The notes beneath the pieces are model-generated. The model had not been told where the DNA came from, made no database searches, and worked only from the letters and a program-made list of their open reading frames with translations. Positions 1 through 10,318 of a stretch of DNA of 64,000 nt are shown here, piece by piece. Position 1 is the first letter of the stretch. Each line of letters begins with the position of its first letter. The stretch comes from Candidatus Latescibacterota bacterium. Lineage in GTDB: Bacteria > Latescibacterota > UBA2968 > UBA8231. The stretch lies in NCBI GenBank assembly GCA_965203175.1, contig OZ241867.1, positions 2,112,001 through 2,176,000 of the forward strand, read 5' to 3'. Made by a program: the position numbers and the translations under genes.

Positions 1-1146
1 CTTGCGCGGGTGCGCGTGCGGGCTGATTCGTTCAGGGGGCACCTGTCGCCGGACAAGCAGGAGGAGCGCGCCCGCACTCCTGGGCCACGCGATACCATCC
101 GCCTGAGCGGCCCCGATATCCGCATAACGGATTGCGACGTATACGGGTCCGAGCGCTCCATCTACCTTCACTACGTGGTCGGGGCCTTAGTGGAGAACAA
201 CATCTTCTATAACGGGCGCTCGGGTTGGATGAATTTCAACGGCTGTGAGAACATCGTCTTCGAGCACAACCGCATCGTCGGTGCCGATTTGATGTCCACC
301 GGTGGGGGATACGCGTGCTTTACCCGAGGGGTTTCTCGCAATATCTACACCGCCCACAACAGCTATGAGAATATGAACGGCTGGGACCGGGAGGCGTTTA
401 CCTCCGATGCTGGCGGCGGGGCGTACTTTGGCCCTGTGGTTGCGGTCGAGGGAGACTGGATTTTGCTGGCGGACGACCCGAAGTGGCAGCATCGGCATTG
501 GACCAATACCCTCGTCGCCGTCATCGCCGGACGCGGGCGCGGCCAGTACCGGTTTGTGAAATCGTGGGATGGGAGGCGGGTGCAGCTCGACCGGTCGTTC
601 GACGTTCCGCTAGACGAGACCTCGCGGGTCACGGTCACTATGACGCACCGGCGCTACATCTTCTACGACAACGAAACCCGCGACGCTGGCATTGCCATCC
701 AGTTCTACGGCACGGCCACCGAACACATCGTGGCCAATAACCGCGTTTGGCGCGCCGACGGGTTCCGAGCTTATGGTTTCTCTTACACTGGAGGAGTCCA
801 GCCCAACCTCTATCTCCAGTTTCTCGGCAACGAGATCCGCGAGGGCAACTGCTACCGCTACGACGACCCTTTGGTATATCCGGCGCGCCTGAGCGTGGAA
901 GGCACTCTGCCGAGCCTGCACTTTGGCTCTGTTTTGCGCAATAATCACCTCCACAACAATGCGCAGATAGAGGTGGGCGTGGGTGCGGACAGCGATGGGG
1001 CGACGGAGAACGTGGTGGTCGAGGGCAACACGGTTGAGAACTCCGACCTCGGGATCCTCGTGGACGCAGGATGCCGGAACGTGTTGCTGCGGCGGAACCA
1101 GACCGAGCGCTGTCTCGTGCCGCTGCTGGACAACCGGGCGCGGTAG
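1..1146 (+). CDS. Right-handed parallel beta-helix (pectin-lyase-fold) protein, 5' end outside window
   Basis: Frame open from base 1; repeated beta-helix rungs (VENNIFY, IVFEHNRI, IVANNRV, VVVEGNTV, VLLRRN). Confidence 0.7.
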   Translation, partial: LARVRVRADSFRGHLSPDKQEERARTPGPRDTIRLSGPDIRITDCDVYGSERSIYLHYVVGALVENNIFYNGRSGWMNFNGCENIVFEHNRIVGADLMSTGGGYACFTRGVSRNIYTAHNSYENMNGWDREAFTSDAGGGAYFGPVVAVEGDWILLADDPKWQHRHWTNTLVAVIAGRGRGQYRFVKSWDGRRVQLDRSFDVPLDETSRVTVTMTHRRYIFYDNETRDAGIAIQFYGTATEHIVANNRVWRADGFRAYGFSYTGGVQPNLYLQFLGNEIREGNCYRYDDPLVYPARLSVEGTLPSLHFGSVLRNNHLHNNAQIEVGVGADSDGATENVVVEGNTVENSDLGILVDAGCRNVLLRRNQTERCLVPLLDNRAR

Positions 1147-1175
1147 CCGGGACTTTCGAGGTAATGAAATCTCAC

Positions 1176-1299
1176 TAGGACTTTTCTAGCCGCGTCGGTT
1201 TATTTTTTACGATCCTTGTAGCGGCGGCCCCGATCTTCGACGCGGCGCTCGCGCACTAATTCCATTACCGGGACGCTGTAGCCGCAACTAGTGCCGGTC
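1176..1299 (-). pseudogene. Remnant: 20-bp linker plus 3' end of the pyridoxamine-phosphate-oxidase-family gene
   Basis: 1188-1299 aligns to 17285-17396 with 7 mismatches in 112 bp; 1176-1195 matches 3211-3230 and 14310-14329. Confidence 0.9.
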
Positions 1300-2404
1300 C
1301 CCCTCCCAGAGCCCGCCGCAGGAAATCCACCCCGCGCGGGATGGCACCTCTCAGTGAGAAGATCTGGTGTCCGCCTCCCTCGTAGATGAACGCCTCGAAT
1401 TCGGGAGGCTCACGTCCCAGCGCTTCCATGGTCCGGATCAGGGAATGAGCTTGGCTGACGGCGACGGTTCCGTCAGCGTCGCCGTGGTGGAGCTGGACCG
1501 CGGGCAGGTCCTCGGCGAACAGAACCGAGGAGCGGCGCACCAGCTCGAGGCGAACTTTTGCGAGGTCAACTTTACCTCTCATGTAGGGCTGAATGAAGGT
1601 AGTATCGATGTGGGCGACCCCGGGCAGGTCACGCGGAGAGCCCATGGCCGCGTCCCGCGCAATCTCCCGCACCCAGTCGTCGAAGAAGTCGGTGGGCCCG
1701 AACAAGGCCACAATGTTCTCGATGCGCTCGTCGCGGATTCCGGCCAGCAGGGCAACGCCTGCTCCTCGGCTGCCACCGACGATACTCAGGCCTTCGATTC
1801 TCGCCTGCGGCGTTATCTCCAATGCAACGTTGAGGAGCGCTAAGGCGTCGTCCACGTCGTAGTCCCAGTGACCGCCGGTGCCGGTCGAAACCCACTCCTG
1901 GTTCTCGTACTCGAGCGGTTCGCTGCGAAAGGACGGGATCACATAGACAAAATTGTCGCGCAGTTCGCCGAGGGCGAAGATCACGAGGGCGATTTCATCC
2001 ACCTCAACGCCGCTGTCGCCTCCGTGCAGGTACATCAGGATGGGCAAGCTGCCCGGAGCCGCGGAGTCGGGGGCGAGGATCGCTCCGTAGTGGAGTGCCT
2101 CCCCCACTCTGTGGGACACGATGCGCAGGGTTGCCGGGGTCTCGCTTAGAGGATACGACTCGGTGAGTTCGATGGTCGCCTCGGCCGCGGAAATGTCGCG
2201 CCGGGCCCAATCGGCGCGGACGGCTTCCACCTCGGCTGCGGTCGGAGGCGCGAAGAGGTCGTCGAGTTTGGCCTCTAGGTCGATCGCGTCGGCAGCGGGC
2301 TCCACCGGATCGCCGGCCTGGTCGCATCCCGCCACCAGCCCAAGCAGCAGCACAGCCGGCAATAGCCCGCGCCCGCGTCGAATGTCCAGACCACCTGTCT
2401 TCAA
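1265..2404 (-). CDS. Lipoprotein alpha/beta hydrolase (S9 peptidase-like)
   Basis: Lipobox LVAGC; YLHGG, nucleophile GGSRG, HGDADGTV, GGGH; AGGAG upstream of TTG start. Confidence 0.8.
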   Translation of the reverse strand: MKTGGLDIRRGRGLLPAVLLLGLVAGCDQAGDPVEPAADAIDLEAKLDDLFAPPTAAEVEAVRADWARRDISAAEATIELTESYPLSETPATLRIVSHRVGEALHYGAILAPDSAAPGSLPILMYLHGGDSGVEVDEIALVIFALGELRDNFVYVIPSFRSEPLEYENQEWVSTGTGGHWDYDVDDALALLNVALEITPQARIEGLSIVGGSRGAGVALLAGIRDERIENIVALFGPTDFFDDWVREIARDAAMGSPRDLPGVAHIDTTFIQPYMRGKVDLAKVRLELVRRSSVLFAEDLPAVQLHHGDADGTVAVSQAHSLIRTMEALGREPPEFEAFIYEGGGHQIFSLRGAIPRGVDFLRRALGGGPALVAATASR

Positions 2405-2502
2405 GAGCGACTCCTAAGTTCTCTGATATCAATCTGCCCTAAGCATCCTAATATAAGCCTGTTGCACCCACGCACGGGGGAGTGAGCCGAGCGCGGATCC
2501 TA

Positions 2503-2537
2503 TTGCCAAGACTATTGGTATTATATACAATACCAAA
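2503..2537 (+). promoter_or_regulatory. Sigma70-like promoter with palindromic operator for the PIN TA pair (probably leaderless)
   Basis: TTGCCA-17 bp-TACAAT ending 7 nt before ATG 2538; inverted repeat TTGGTATT-N6-AATACCAA at 2515-2536. Confidence 0.7.
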
Positions 2538-2966
2538 ATGGAACTGGCTCAAGTTGTTTTGGATACCAACATCTTGGTCACAGCGCTTCGCTCTAAACGA
2601 GGCGCTTCCTTTAAGCTGATCTCTTTGATTGACAAGGGGCCATTTAAGGTCAATCTCTCGGTGTCGCTCGTCTTTCAATATGAAGAAATACTTCGACGCC
2701 AGAGACGCAGTTTACATGTTACCCAGGACGATATTGCAGATTTTCTTGATTATCTGTGTTCGGTGGCCAATTTGCATGAAATCTATTTCCTCTGGCGGCC
2801 GTACCTGCCGGATCCGCAGGATGATATGATTCTGGAATTGGCCGTCAATGCGGGCTGTAAGTATATCGTGACCTATAACAAACGGGACTTTCGAGGTGCG
2901 GAGACGTTTGGTATTGAGGTCGTAACGGCCAAAGAGTTTCTGGAAAGGATAGGAGCCTTATCATGA
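2538..2966 (+). CDS. PIN-domain toxin
   Basis: VVLDTNILV, EYEE-like QYEE, DPQDDMILELA, IVTYNKRDF. Confidence 0.9.
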   Translation: MELAQVVLDTNILVTALRSKRGASFKLISLIDKGPFKVNLSVSLVFQYEEILRRQRRSLHVTQDDIADFLDYLCSVANLHEIYFLWRPYLPDPQDDMILELAVNAGCKYIVTYNKRDFRGAETFGIEVVTAKEFLERIGALS

Positions 2967-3199
2967 GTACGCTGAGCGTTCGATTGCCCGACTCACTACA
3001 TAAGCGAGTCAAGCAGATGGCAGAAGGAGAAGGGGTTTCAATGAATCAGTTCATCACCTTGGCAGTGACGGAGAAGGTATCGGCGCTGATGACAGTTGAG
3101 TATCTCGAAGAGCGTGCTAAGCGAGGTAGTCGCCAGAAGTTTGAAGCTGTTTTGGCAAACGTGCCGGACGTAGAGCCGGAAGTACATGATCGGTTATAA
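2963..3199 (+). CDS. Ribbon-helix-helix antitoxin (HicB-like RHH)
   Basis: STLSVRLPDSLH...EGVSMNQFI; ATGA overlap with the toxin. Confidence 0.85.
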   Translation: MSTLSVRLPDSLHKRVKQMAEGEGVSMNQFITLAVTEKVSALMTVEYLEERAKRGSRQKFEAVLANVPDVEPEVHDRL

Positions 3200-3259
3200 T
3201 CAGCCCTAACTAGGACTTTCCCTGCCGCGTATCGCAAGCGCCAAAGCCAGGGAGCAGCT

Positions 3260-4723
3260 ATGGGAAGTGAAAAATTGTTTACAACGGCACCCTCACCTGA
3301 AAGCTCGGGAATACCTTCGCGGGCGATTCTGAATTTTCTGCAGCGGATCGACGCCGAGCGAATCTGCATGCACGGGTTCCTGCTGGTGCGTCACAACAGA
3401 ATTGCGGCTGAGGGATACTGGGCCCCGTGGACGGCGGAACGCATGCACCGGATCTATTCGGTCAGCAAGAGCTTGGTCGCGTTGGCGGTCGGGATGATGA
3501 TCGACGAAGGCCGGCTCACCCTCGACGATCAGGTCGCCGAATACTTCCCGGACAAACTGCCGCAAGAACTTCATCCGTGGCTTGCCGCCTCGACCGTCCG
3601 GGATCTCCTGACGATGACGACTCCCCATTCGACAACCTCTTATACGCGCGACGATCCGGACTGGGTTTGGACCTTTTTCAACCGGACCCCCTCGCATCCT
3701 CCCGGAACGATCTTTTCGTACGACACTGCGGCAACCGTGGTGCTCACGGCCACGGTCGAACGGCTTGCTGGCATGCCCTTTCTGGATTACATGCGACCGC
3801 GATTTCTGGAGCGGATCGGATTCTCCGCTGACGCATGGTGCATCCGCACGCCCGAGGGTGTGTCGTGGGGCGGATCGGGAGTCATCTGTAGGCTTCGCGA
3901 TATAGCCAGAGTCGCACTCGTCTGTATGAATGGCGGCATGTGGGGCGATGAACGGGTCCTCCCGGAGGCGTACGTGCGCGCCGCGACCTCCAGCCAGATC
4001 GACAACGCCATCCGGGGGAACTGCGGATATGGATATCAGATCTGGCGAGAAAAAGAGAACGGATTCTCCTTCCGCGGGATGGGCAGTCAGTACGCCGTCT
4101 GTTTTCCCGACAAAGAGTTTCTGTTCACATGCATCGCCGATACCCAGGGCGCTTCGGCCGGCAGCGACATTCCGGTCGTGATGCGCGAGGAACTCTACCC
4201 CCACCTAGCAGACGCGCCGCTTGCCGAAAACCGCGATGCCCACGCGGAGCTCTGCGATAAGATCGAGCGGCTGGCAGTCCTGCCGATCCCCGGGACCCCC
4301 GACGCAAGGGCGGCTTTGGCAGTCAACGGAGCCTGGTATGCTTTGGAAGACAACCCGATGGGGATCACGCGGATGCGCCTGTTATTCAAGGAGGATGAGG
4401 GCGTCTGGGAGTACACCAACGGTCAGGGCGACAATGTGCTGCGGTTCGGTATCGGGCGCGTGCTGTCCGGCAAGTTCCCTCAACGCAACTACTTCGGCGA
4501 ACAGATCGGCTCGGTCCCCGGCATTGAATATGATTGTCTGGCCTCGGCCGCGTGGATCGACGAGCAGACGCTCAACATGGAAGTCTATATCACGGATATT
4601 TACTTGGGTGGGCTCAGGGTATCTCTCGCCTTCAAGGGGGAGGAGATCGGCGTCTTTATGACGAAGCAAGCCGAGTGGTTCTTGGACGAATTCAATGGAT
4701 TCGCCGGAGGAAGGTGCCTCTAA
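3260..4723 (+). CDS. Serine hydrolase, beta-lactamase/NylB-like family
   Basis: SVSK (SxxK), PGTIFSYD, GYGYQIW. Confidence 0.85.
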   Translation: MGSEKLFTTAPSPESSGIPSRAILNFLQRIDAERICMHGFLLVRHNRIAAEGYWAPWTAERMHRIYSVSKSLVALAVGMMIDEGRLTLDDQVAEYFPDKLPQELHPWLAASTVRDLLTMTTPHSTTSYTRDDPDWVWTFFNRTPSHPPGTIFSYDTAATVVLTATVERLAGMPFLDYMRPRFLERIGFSADAWCIRTPEGVSWGGSGVICRLRDIARVALVCMNGGMWGDERVLPEAYVRAATSSQIDNAIRGNCGYGYQIWREKENGFSFRGMGSQYAVCFPDKEFLFTCIADTQGASAGSDIPVVMREELYPHLADAPLAENRDAHAELCDKIERLAVLPIPGTPDARAALAVNGAWYALEDNPMGITRMRLLFKEDEGVWEYTNGQGDNVLRFGIGRVLSGKFPQRNYFGEQIGSVPGIEYDCLASAAWIDEQTLNMEVYITDIYLGGLRVSLAFKGEEIGVFMTKQAEWFLDEFNGFAGGRCL

Positions 4724-4765
4724 CTTGGCGCGGCGACGTGGGCTAAGAGTTAAGGGATTCTTACT

Positions 4766-5713
4766 ATGGCAAGCCAATTTCTCATAGATGGTGACCTGTT
4801 CGTCGAAGTGGTGGACAACGACGACGGAGGAGGTTTCCCGCAGAAACGGGTTGATGAACTCTCTCAAGCGAACAGGAAAGGTCTTTTTGACGACATCGCT
4901 TTCCCTTTTGAACGGGCGAACGGTTACAATGGCGTGCGCCAACTCTACAGCCGCCGCGGCCCACAGGAGAACATTTTCCGGTCATCTTGGGCAAGCAGCC
5001 TCAATTTTGAGTTCATCTATGACCGGTCCGGCAAGTCCATGATTCCCCGTTGGCTTGGCGGCAAACTCGGAACTCCGCCAACGCCAAGCCAACTCACTCG
5101 GCTCGACGACAACTCGGTCCGATTGACGACCGCGATCCCCGAACCCCGTCGCATTGAGGTCAGCACGACCTTTACCCTCGTACCACCGCATTACATTGAT
5201 TTGGAAACCACCTGCGTTGCCCATCCCGACGCTTTTGCGGGGGATTGGCTAGGGCTATTTTGGGCGAGTTATATCCACAACCCCGAAGACAAGACCACCT
5301 ATTTCCTCGGCCGTCCAGACGAAAATAGCCCTGAACAATGGATTGCATCGCTAAGGGAACAGCCACTGAACGCGCGTGCCTTTGCCAGTGAAGCCGATGC
5401 GCTAGTCGAGGGTGAGCCCAATCCAGATGGCGGCTTGTTCCACAACATTCGCCCCAGCCGATATGTCTATCCGTTCTTTTACGGATGCTGGCGCAATATG
5501 ATGCTCGAACTGATGTTCAAAAGCACCGAATCCCTGCGATTCGCGATTCAGCCAACAGGCGGCGGACGGACAAATCCAGCGTGGGATTTTGCCATGCTCA
5601 TAAGGAATTGCCAACCGCTGACCCACTATACCTTCAGTGCCCGCGTGGTCTTCAAACCGTTTGTGAGCCGTGAAGACGCATGGGAAGAGTATCAGAACTG
5701 GGTGGATGATTAG
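4766..5713 (+). CDS. Hypothetical protein, possible galactose-mutarotase-like beta-sandwich
   Basis: 315-aa beta-rich ORF (GYNG, LNFEF, FWASYI, NPAWDF); fold is inference. Confidence 0.55.
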   Translation: MASQFLIDGDLFVEVVDNDDGGGFPQKRVDELSQANRKGLFDDIAFPFERANGYNGVRQLYSRRGPQENIFRSSWASSLNFEFIYDRSGKSMIPRWLGGKLGTPPTPSQLTRLDDNSVRLTTAIPEPRRIEVSTTFTLVPPHYIDLETTCVAHPDAFAGDWLGLFWASYIHNPEDKTTYFLGRPDENSPEQWIASLREQPLNARAFASEADALVEGEPNPDGGLFHNIRPSRYVYPFFYGCWRNMMLELMFKSTESLRFAIQPTGGGRTNPAWDFAMLIRNCQPLTHYTFSARVVFKPFVSREDAWEEYQNWVDD

Positions 5714-5724
5714 CCCCTAGCCTC

Positions 5725-6714
5725 CTACCGCATTTCCGCCAGCGAGACCGTCCTGTGTTCTTTGGCCGAAACTGAGACGGCTGCGGCGATTTCGACATCG
5801 AGCAGGGCATCTGTCGGGGGATTGCGGGCTTCGCTGCGGCCCTCTATGGCATCGAGAAAGGCGGCGGCCTGCCGGACGAATGGAGACGGCTCGTTTGCAA
5901 AAGTGAGCACCTCGGAATGGCCCCCGTGAAAAACGGTAATGGAATCCTCGCCGGGCAGGATTCCGCCTTCGGTGCAGACAAATCGCGGCTGTGGATCGGG
6001 CATGCCCTCCGGGCCGATATAACTGGCCGTGGCCGAGGCGAAGGTGCCGTTTTCAAATCCGATTAGGGCCCCGCATGTCTCCTCCACTACGCGACCGGGT
6101 GCCGTATTTCGCAGCCGATTGGCCATCGCGGACACGGTGGTCGGCTTGCCGAGGATCCAGCGGACGGCATTGAGATAGCAGTAACTCATGTGGGTCAGCG
6201 GCATCCCCCCACTCGCCTCTTGGTCGTAGTACCACCCGTCTGGGTCCGGGTTCCACAGAGCCATGGTCACGGCCATCACCGGTGCCCCCAGTTCTCCTCC
6301 CGCCACTAGGCGCTGGATCTTCTCCCAAGCAGGGTCGTAACGGCGCTGGAACCCGGCCTCGACAATCAGACTGTTTCGAGCCGCTATTTCTGCGATCTGG
6401 CGCCCATTCTCCACACTCGAAGCGAGACATCCGCCCACGAGGAGGTCGTAACCGGCATCCAATGCCCAAATGGAGACCTCATCTTGAACGCGATGCGGAA
6501 CCTCGATTAGGATCGCGTCTGGTCCGGCCTCCCCTAATCGGCGAAAATCATCGCAGAAAACGTCGCACCCCAACTCCGCCGCGCAGCTTTCAGCGCGCTG
6601 TGTGCGCCGCGCGGCGACGCCGCAGATTTCCGCGCGGCCGGTGTCCAGCAACGCCCTGCCCCGCGCCCGGGCCATGTTCCCGGCTCCCACAATCGCTATT
6701 CGCTGTTTCGGCAT
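5725..6714 (-). CDS. Gfo/Idh/MocA oxidoreductase
   Basis: IAIVGAGNMA, GFQRRYDP, SGG motif; start set at ATG 6714 after GGGAG. Confidence 0.85.
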   Translation of the reverse strand: MPKQRIAIVGAGNMARARGRALLDTGRAEICGVAARRTQRAESCAAELGCDVFCDDFRRLGEAGPDAILIEVPHRVQDEVSIWALDAGYDLLVGGCLASSVENGRQIAEIAARNSLIVEAGFQRRYDPAWEKIQRLVAGGELGAPVMAVTMALWNPDPDGWYYDQEASGGMPLTHMSYCYLNAVRWILGKPTTVSAMANRLRNTAPGRVVEETCGALIGFENGTFASATASYIGPEGMPDPQPRFVCTEGGILPGEDSITVFHGGHSEVLTFANEPSPFVRQAAAFLDAIEGRSEARNPPTDALLDVEIAAAVSVSAKEHRTVSLAEMR

Positions 6715-6889
6715 TGTGCTACTGCTCCCGTTTTTTGAGTTTAATGCCCGCTCTCGTAAAATATGAAACCCGCCGCAACTAGACCGTACTGGGAGTCTTG
6801 TCGACATGATCGGTTTCATGCAACATATGTAGTTGACAACTGATATAAAATCATTTAATTAATGATGTAAGATCGGTTGCAAACTGGTT

Positions 6890-8032
6890 ATGATCATGTT
6901 GTTCACGTATCGTACTTTAGACGATGAAGAGAAGCGGGTAGAAGAAGCTACGGCTCGCCTACGAGCCGATCTGCGTCGCTATGTCGCTACAGAGCCGCGC
7001 CGCTGGACGGGCTTGTTAGCCCGTATGACCCGGGCTCGCGCCCTTGCCGGATCCAATAGCATAGAAGGTATCAATGTGTCCGATGATGACGCCATCGCCG
7101 CGATTGATCGTGAAGATCCCGCCAACACGGACCGCGACACATGGCAGGCTGTCGTCGGCTACCGCGAAGCAATGGACTACATCCTCCAGCGCCGTCAGAG
7201 CCCGTCCTTCATGATCACCGAGGACGTGATCTTGGCCGTCCATTTCATGATCTGCCAGTCAGATTTGCAAGCAAATCCGGGTCAGTACCGCCCCGGATGG
7301 GTCGGTGTGCGAAACAGCAGGACCGGTGAATTGGTCCACGAGGGAGTGGATCGCGACCAATTAGAGCCCCTCATCCACGAGCTGCTAGACTACGTAAACA
7401 ACGATCAGGTCGATTCGGTCTTCCTACGCGCTGCCATGACACACCTGAACTTGGCGATGCTGCATCCATTTACGGATGGTAACGGGCGGACTGCCAGATG
7501 TATCCACACTGCGGTATTGGCCAGTGACGGGATCGTCGCGCCGACATTCTCTTCAATTGAAGAGTACATCGGCCACAATCAACAAAAATATTACGACGTA
7601 TTGGCCGAGGTCGGAGGGGGTGCATGGCAACCAGCGCGCGACGCTAAGCCGTGGATTCGCTTCTGCTTAACTGGTCACTATGTGCAAGCGCAAACACTGC
7701 TCCGTCGGATGCGAGAGTTGGAAAGGCTTTATGTAGAACTCTCGGATTTGGTAACTGCCAACGGATTACCCGACCGCATGGCCTTGGCCCTCATTCAGGC
7801 TGCCTTTGGCACTAGGGTGCGCAACTCGTCCTATCGGGTAAGCGCAGATGTGTCCAAGAATCTCGCTAGCCGTGATCTGAAGGTGCTCGTGGATACAGGA
7901 CTTCTAGTTTCCGAGGGCGAACGGCGTGGACGGTTCTACAGTGCGGCCCCCATTGTGGCGGAGATCCGTCAGAGGTTGCGGCTTCCCAAGAAGGTTGACG
8001 ATCCTTTTGCCGAGGGCGGGCCGGCTTCGTAG
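6890..8032 (+). CDS. Fic-family protein with C-terminal winged helix
   Basis: Canonical HPFTDGNGRTAR; SNSIEG inhibitory-like motif; ASRDLKVLV...GERRGRFY. Confidence 0.92.
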   Translation: MIMLFTYRTLDDEEKRVEEATARLRADLRRYVATEPRRWTGLLARMTRARALAGSNSIEGINVSDDDAIAAIDREDPANTDRDTWQAVVGYREAMDYILQRRQSPSFMITEDVILAVHFMICQSDLQANPGQYRPGWVGVRNSRTGELVHEGVDRDQLEPLIHELLDYVNNDQVDSVFLRAAMTHLNLAMLHPFTDGNGRTARCIHTAVLASDGIVAPTFSSIEEYIGHNQQKYYDVLAEVGGGAWQPARDAKPWIRFCLTGHYVQAQTLLRRMRELERLYVELSDLVTANGLPDRMALALIQAAFGTRVRNSSYRVSADVSKNLASRDLKVLVDTGLLVSEGERRGRFYSAAPIVAEIRQRLRLPKKVDDPFAEGGPAS

Positions 8033-8098
8033 AAGTAAAATAAGAGTAGGTGAATGCGTCAGGAAACCCGACTTCGGGGACAGTTCTAGGAGGAGAGC

Positions 8099-9079
8099 AT
8101 GGAATACGTCAAGTTCGGCCGTTCCGGCCTGAAGGTGTCGCGCCTGGCCTACGGCCTGGGCCTGCGCGGCCAAGAGGACGCTGGCGAGGCCGAGCGCGCC
8201 ATTGAGCGGGCCGTCGAGTTGGGGATCAACTTCATCGACTGCGCCAACATCTACGGCTTCGGGGATGTGTACGAGACCCGAGGCACATCGGAGCAGGTCC
8301 TGGCGCGCGTCCTCAAGCGGCATCGCGACGACCTCGTGGTCACCTCGAAGGTGGCCAGCCGCGTCGGCGACGGGCCCAACGATGCCGGTCTGTCGCGCTA
8401 TCACATCATGCGGGAGATCGACCGCACCTTGGCCCGCCTCGAGACGGATCACATCGATGTCTACATCTTGCACGTGTACGACGACGAGACCCCTCTCGAG
8501 GAGACGCTGCGCGCCATAGACGACGTGGTGCGCGCCGGCAAGACGCGCTACGTGGGCGTCTCCAACTTTCAGGCCTGGCAGGTGCTCAAGGCGCTGTGGA
8601 CGCAGGACCGCCTCGGGCTCGATCCCCTGCTCTGCATCCAGAATCCCTACAACCTCCTCAACCGGGAACTGGAGCGCGAGATGTGGCCGGCGCAGCGCGA
8701 CCAAGGCTTCGGGGTTATGACCTACAGCCCCTTGGGCGTGGGCCTGCTCTCTGGCGTGTATACTCCCGGAGAGTCGCCGCCGGATGGCACCCTTTACGCC
8801 ACCGGCCGCGTCGGCGACTTGGAGCAGGACCTCAACGAGGCGGGGCGTCGGACCTTGGAGATCCTGCGGCAGATCGCCGACGCCCACGGTCGCACCGTGG
8901 CGCAGACGGCGATCAACTGGGTGCTCTCCCACCCCGAGGTGACGGCGGCTATCACCGGCGGCGATACGGTGGCTCACATGGAGGAGAACGTCGGCGCTGT
9001 GGGCTGGTCGATCACGCCGGAGGACCGGACTCGTCTCGACGAGGCCTCGGCCGGCCAGGATCGCGTCTTGGATGACTGA
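8099..9079 (+). CDS. Aldo/keto reductase
   Basis: GRSGLKVS, GINFIDCANIYG, IDVYILH, YVGVSNF, YSPLG. Confidence 0.92.
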   Translation: MEYVKFGRSGLKVSRLAYGLGLRGQEDAGEAERAIERAVELGINFIDCANIYGFGDVYETRGTSEQVLARVLKRHRDDLVVTSKVASRVGDGPNDAGLSRYHIMREIDRTLARLETDHIDVYILHVYDDETPLEETLRAIDDVVRAGKTRYVGVSNFQAWQVLKALWTQDRLGLDPLLCIQNPYNLLNRELEREMWPAQRDQGFGVMTYSPLGVGLLSGVYTPGESPPDGTLYATGRVGDLEQDLNEAGRRTLEILRQIADAHGRTVAQTAINWVLSHPEVTAAITGGDTVAHMEENVGAVGWSITPEDRTRLDEASAGQDRVLDD

Positions 9080-9104
9080 CCGCCGTCCTCAGTAGGGTAC
9101 ATCA
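9076..9104 (+). repeat. 29-bp diverged direct repeat, copy 1 (copy 2 at 12084-12112)
   Basis: CTGACCGCCGTCCTCAGTAGGGTACATCA vs CTGACTGTCGCCCTCAGTAGGATACATCA, 25/29 identical. Confidence 0.8.
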
Positions 9105-9187
9105 TTGACAGAGGACCCTTTATTTTTTCTATATGTTCCTTTCAGCTAACAGTACGTTCTCCGTTAGTCGGAGAGAAAGGGTTTTAA

Positions 9188-9952
9188 GTGATAGCGCGTT
9201 CCATATTTCAATATTATTGGTTCGGCACCTGTCTTCGTTTTCTTCAGGATGCGCCTCTTGGTGTCCACATGCGTACCACCCCGGATCGTGGTGGAATTCG
9301 CGACAATATTGAGGCCTTTTTCTCCTACCTGGACGATCTTGGTCTCATAGTTACTCGTCGCGCATCCCGTGAGCTTGCTGATTTCGCCGAATCGTTGTCA
9401 GATGAGGAAGGAGTTTCCTTAACTCAGGGACAGAGTGAGCAACTCTCAGCAATCATGAGGCAGATTCGGAAGACTCTGGATGCTGAGCTTGAGGGCTTCG
9501 AGGCGTATATCGTAACTCCAAAACGGATTGATATTGAGAAGCTTTTAAAAGATACTCCGTCCCTTCTGGCCCCTGGGGTCTATAGTAAGCTTCCAGAAAT
9601 TGCACAGTTCGACCTAGCGGAGGCTGGAAAATGTATCGCCTTTGAACGATCAACAGCAGCAGCATTTCACATATTGCGTGGTACAGAGTCCGTACTCGAC
9701 TCCTTCTACGAAACGATTGTTCGCCAGAAGCGTATCCCCCTCCCTCGAACGTGGGGGCCAATGGTGAGCGATCTAAGAAAACGAAGAAAAGCGAATCAGT
9801 ATGAGGTTCTTCTAAACAATCTTGATAATATACGGAGGTCATTCCGAAACCCTACCCAGCACCCTGAGCTTACATACGATATCCACGAGGTTCAGGATCT
9901 CTGGGCATTGTGTGTCGATGCTATAAATCGGATGGCGGAGGCTCTTTCTTGA
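9188..9952 (+). CDS. Hypothetical all-helical protein with a HEPN-like RxxxxH motif
   Basis: C-terminal RNPTQH; upstream helix TAAAFHILRGTE. Confidence 0.6.
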   Translation: MIARSIFQYYWFGTCLRFLQDAPLGVHMRTTPDRGGIRDNIEAFFSYLDDLGLIVTRRASRELADFAESLSDEEGVSLTQGQSEQLSAIMRQIRKTLDAELEGFEAYIVTPKRIDIEKLLKDTPSLLAPGVYSKLPEIAQFDLAEAGKCIAFERSTAAAFHILRGTESVLDSFYETIVRQKRIPLPRTWGPMVSDLRKRRKANQYEVLLNNLDNIRRSFRNPTQHPELTYDIHEVQDLWALCVDAINRMAEALS

Positions 9953-10002
9953 GTAAAGTAGGGTAGACCCTCTATATCTACCTGTATACGCGATAGCCAC
10001 AC

Positions 10003-10297
10003 ATAGTCATTAGCCAAGAAGGATACCGGTGCCCGGACAGGTCAAGATACGCCTCTGTCCGCCGCTTCGGCCGACCAGGCCGTGGAACTGGCGCATTGCT
10101 TTCTCCTTTATACGGTTGAATGGGTATCCCGGCTCGAAGAGATGCAGGTCTGGGTCGCCTTTACCCCGACTGATAGCGAGCCACGCTTTCGTGCGCTGCT
10201 GCCAGCCTCCGTCCTCTACCTGCCCCAACGGGGTAATAATCTTGGTGAGCGCGAGCTGAATATCTTCGTTGTAGAGAGGTCAGTAAGAATAGCTTGA
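10003..10297 (+). pseudogene. Frameshifted, truncated DUF2064/TIGR04282-like glycosyltransferase fragment
   Basis: PVPGQVKIRLCPPL in one frame continues as AVELAHCFLL...YLPQRGNNLGER in another; no start codon and no C-terminal half. Confidence 0.7.
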
Positions 10298-10318
10298 TAT
10301 TAGGGGGAGAAGAGAAGA

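Noticed and set aside
1148-1162. 15-bp match CGGGACTTTCGAGGT to the PIN gene (2883-2897)
   Set aside because: Fits the ancestral-junction model but is too short to call a remnant by itself
3260-4723. Antibiotic-resistance beta-lactamase (also 62474-63493)
   Set aside because: No signal peptide; generic SxxK serine hydrolases, resistance not supported
6814-6825. TTTCATGCAACA matching part of the IS903-group TIR
   Set aside because: Only 12 bp, lacks the terminal ACGCC and has no partner end
7904-8977. Long antisense ORFs (also 3293-4204, 12170-13036, 14499-15584, 44478-45485, 54089-55522)
   Set aside because: Shadows of well-supported genes on the opposite strand in GC-rich DNA
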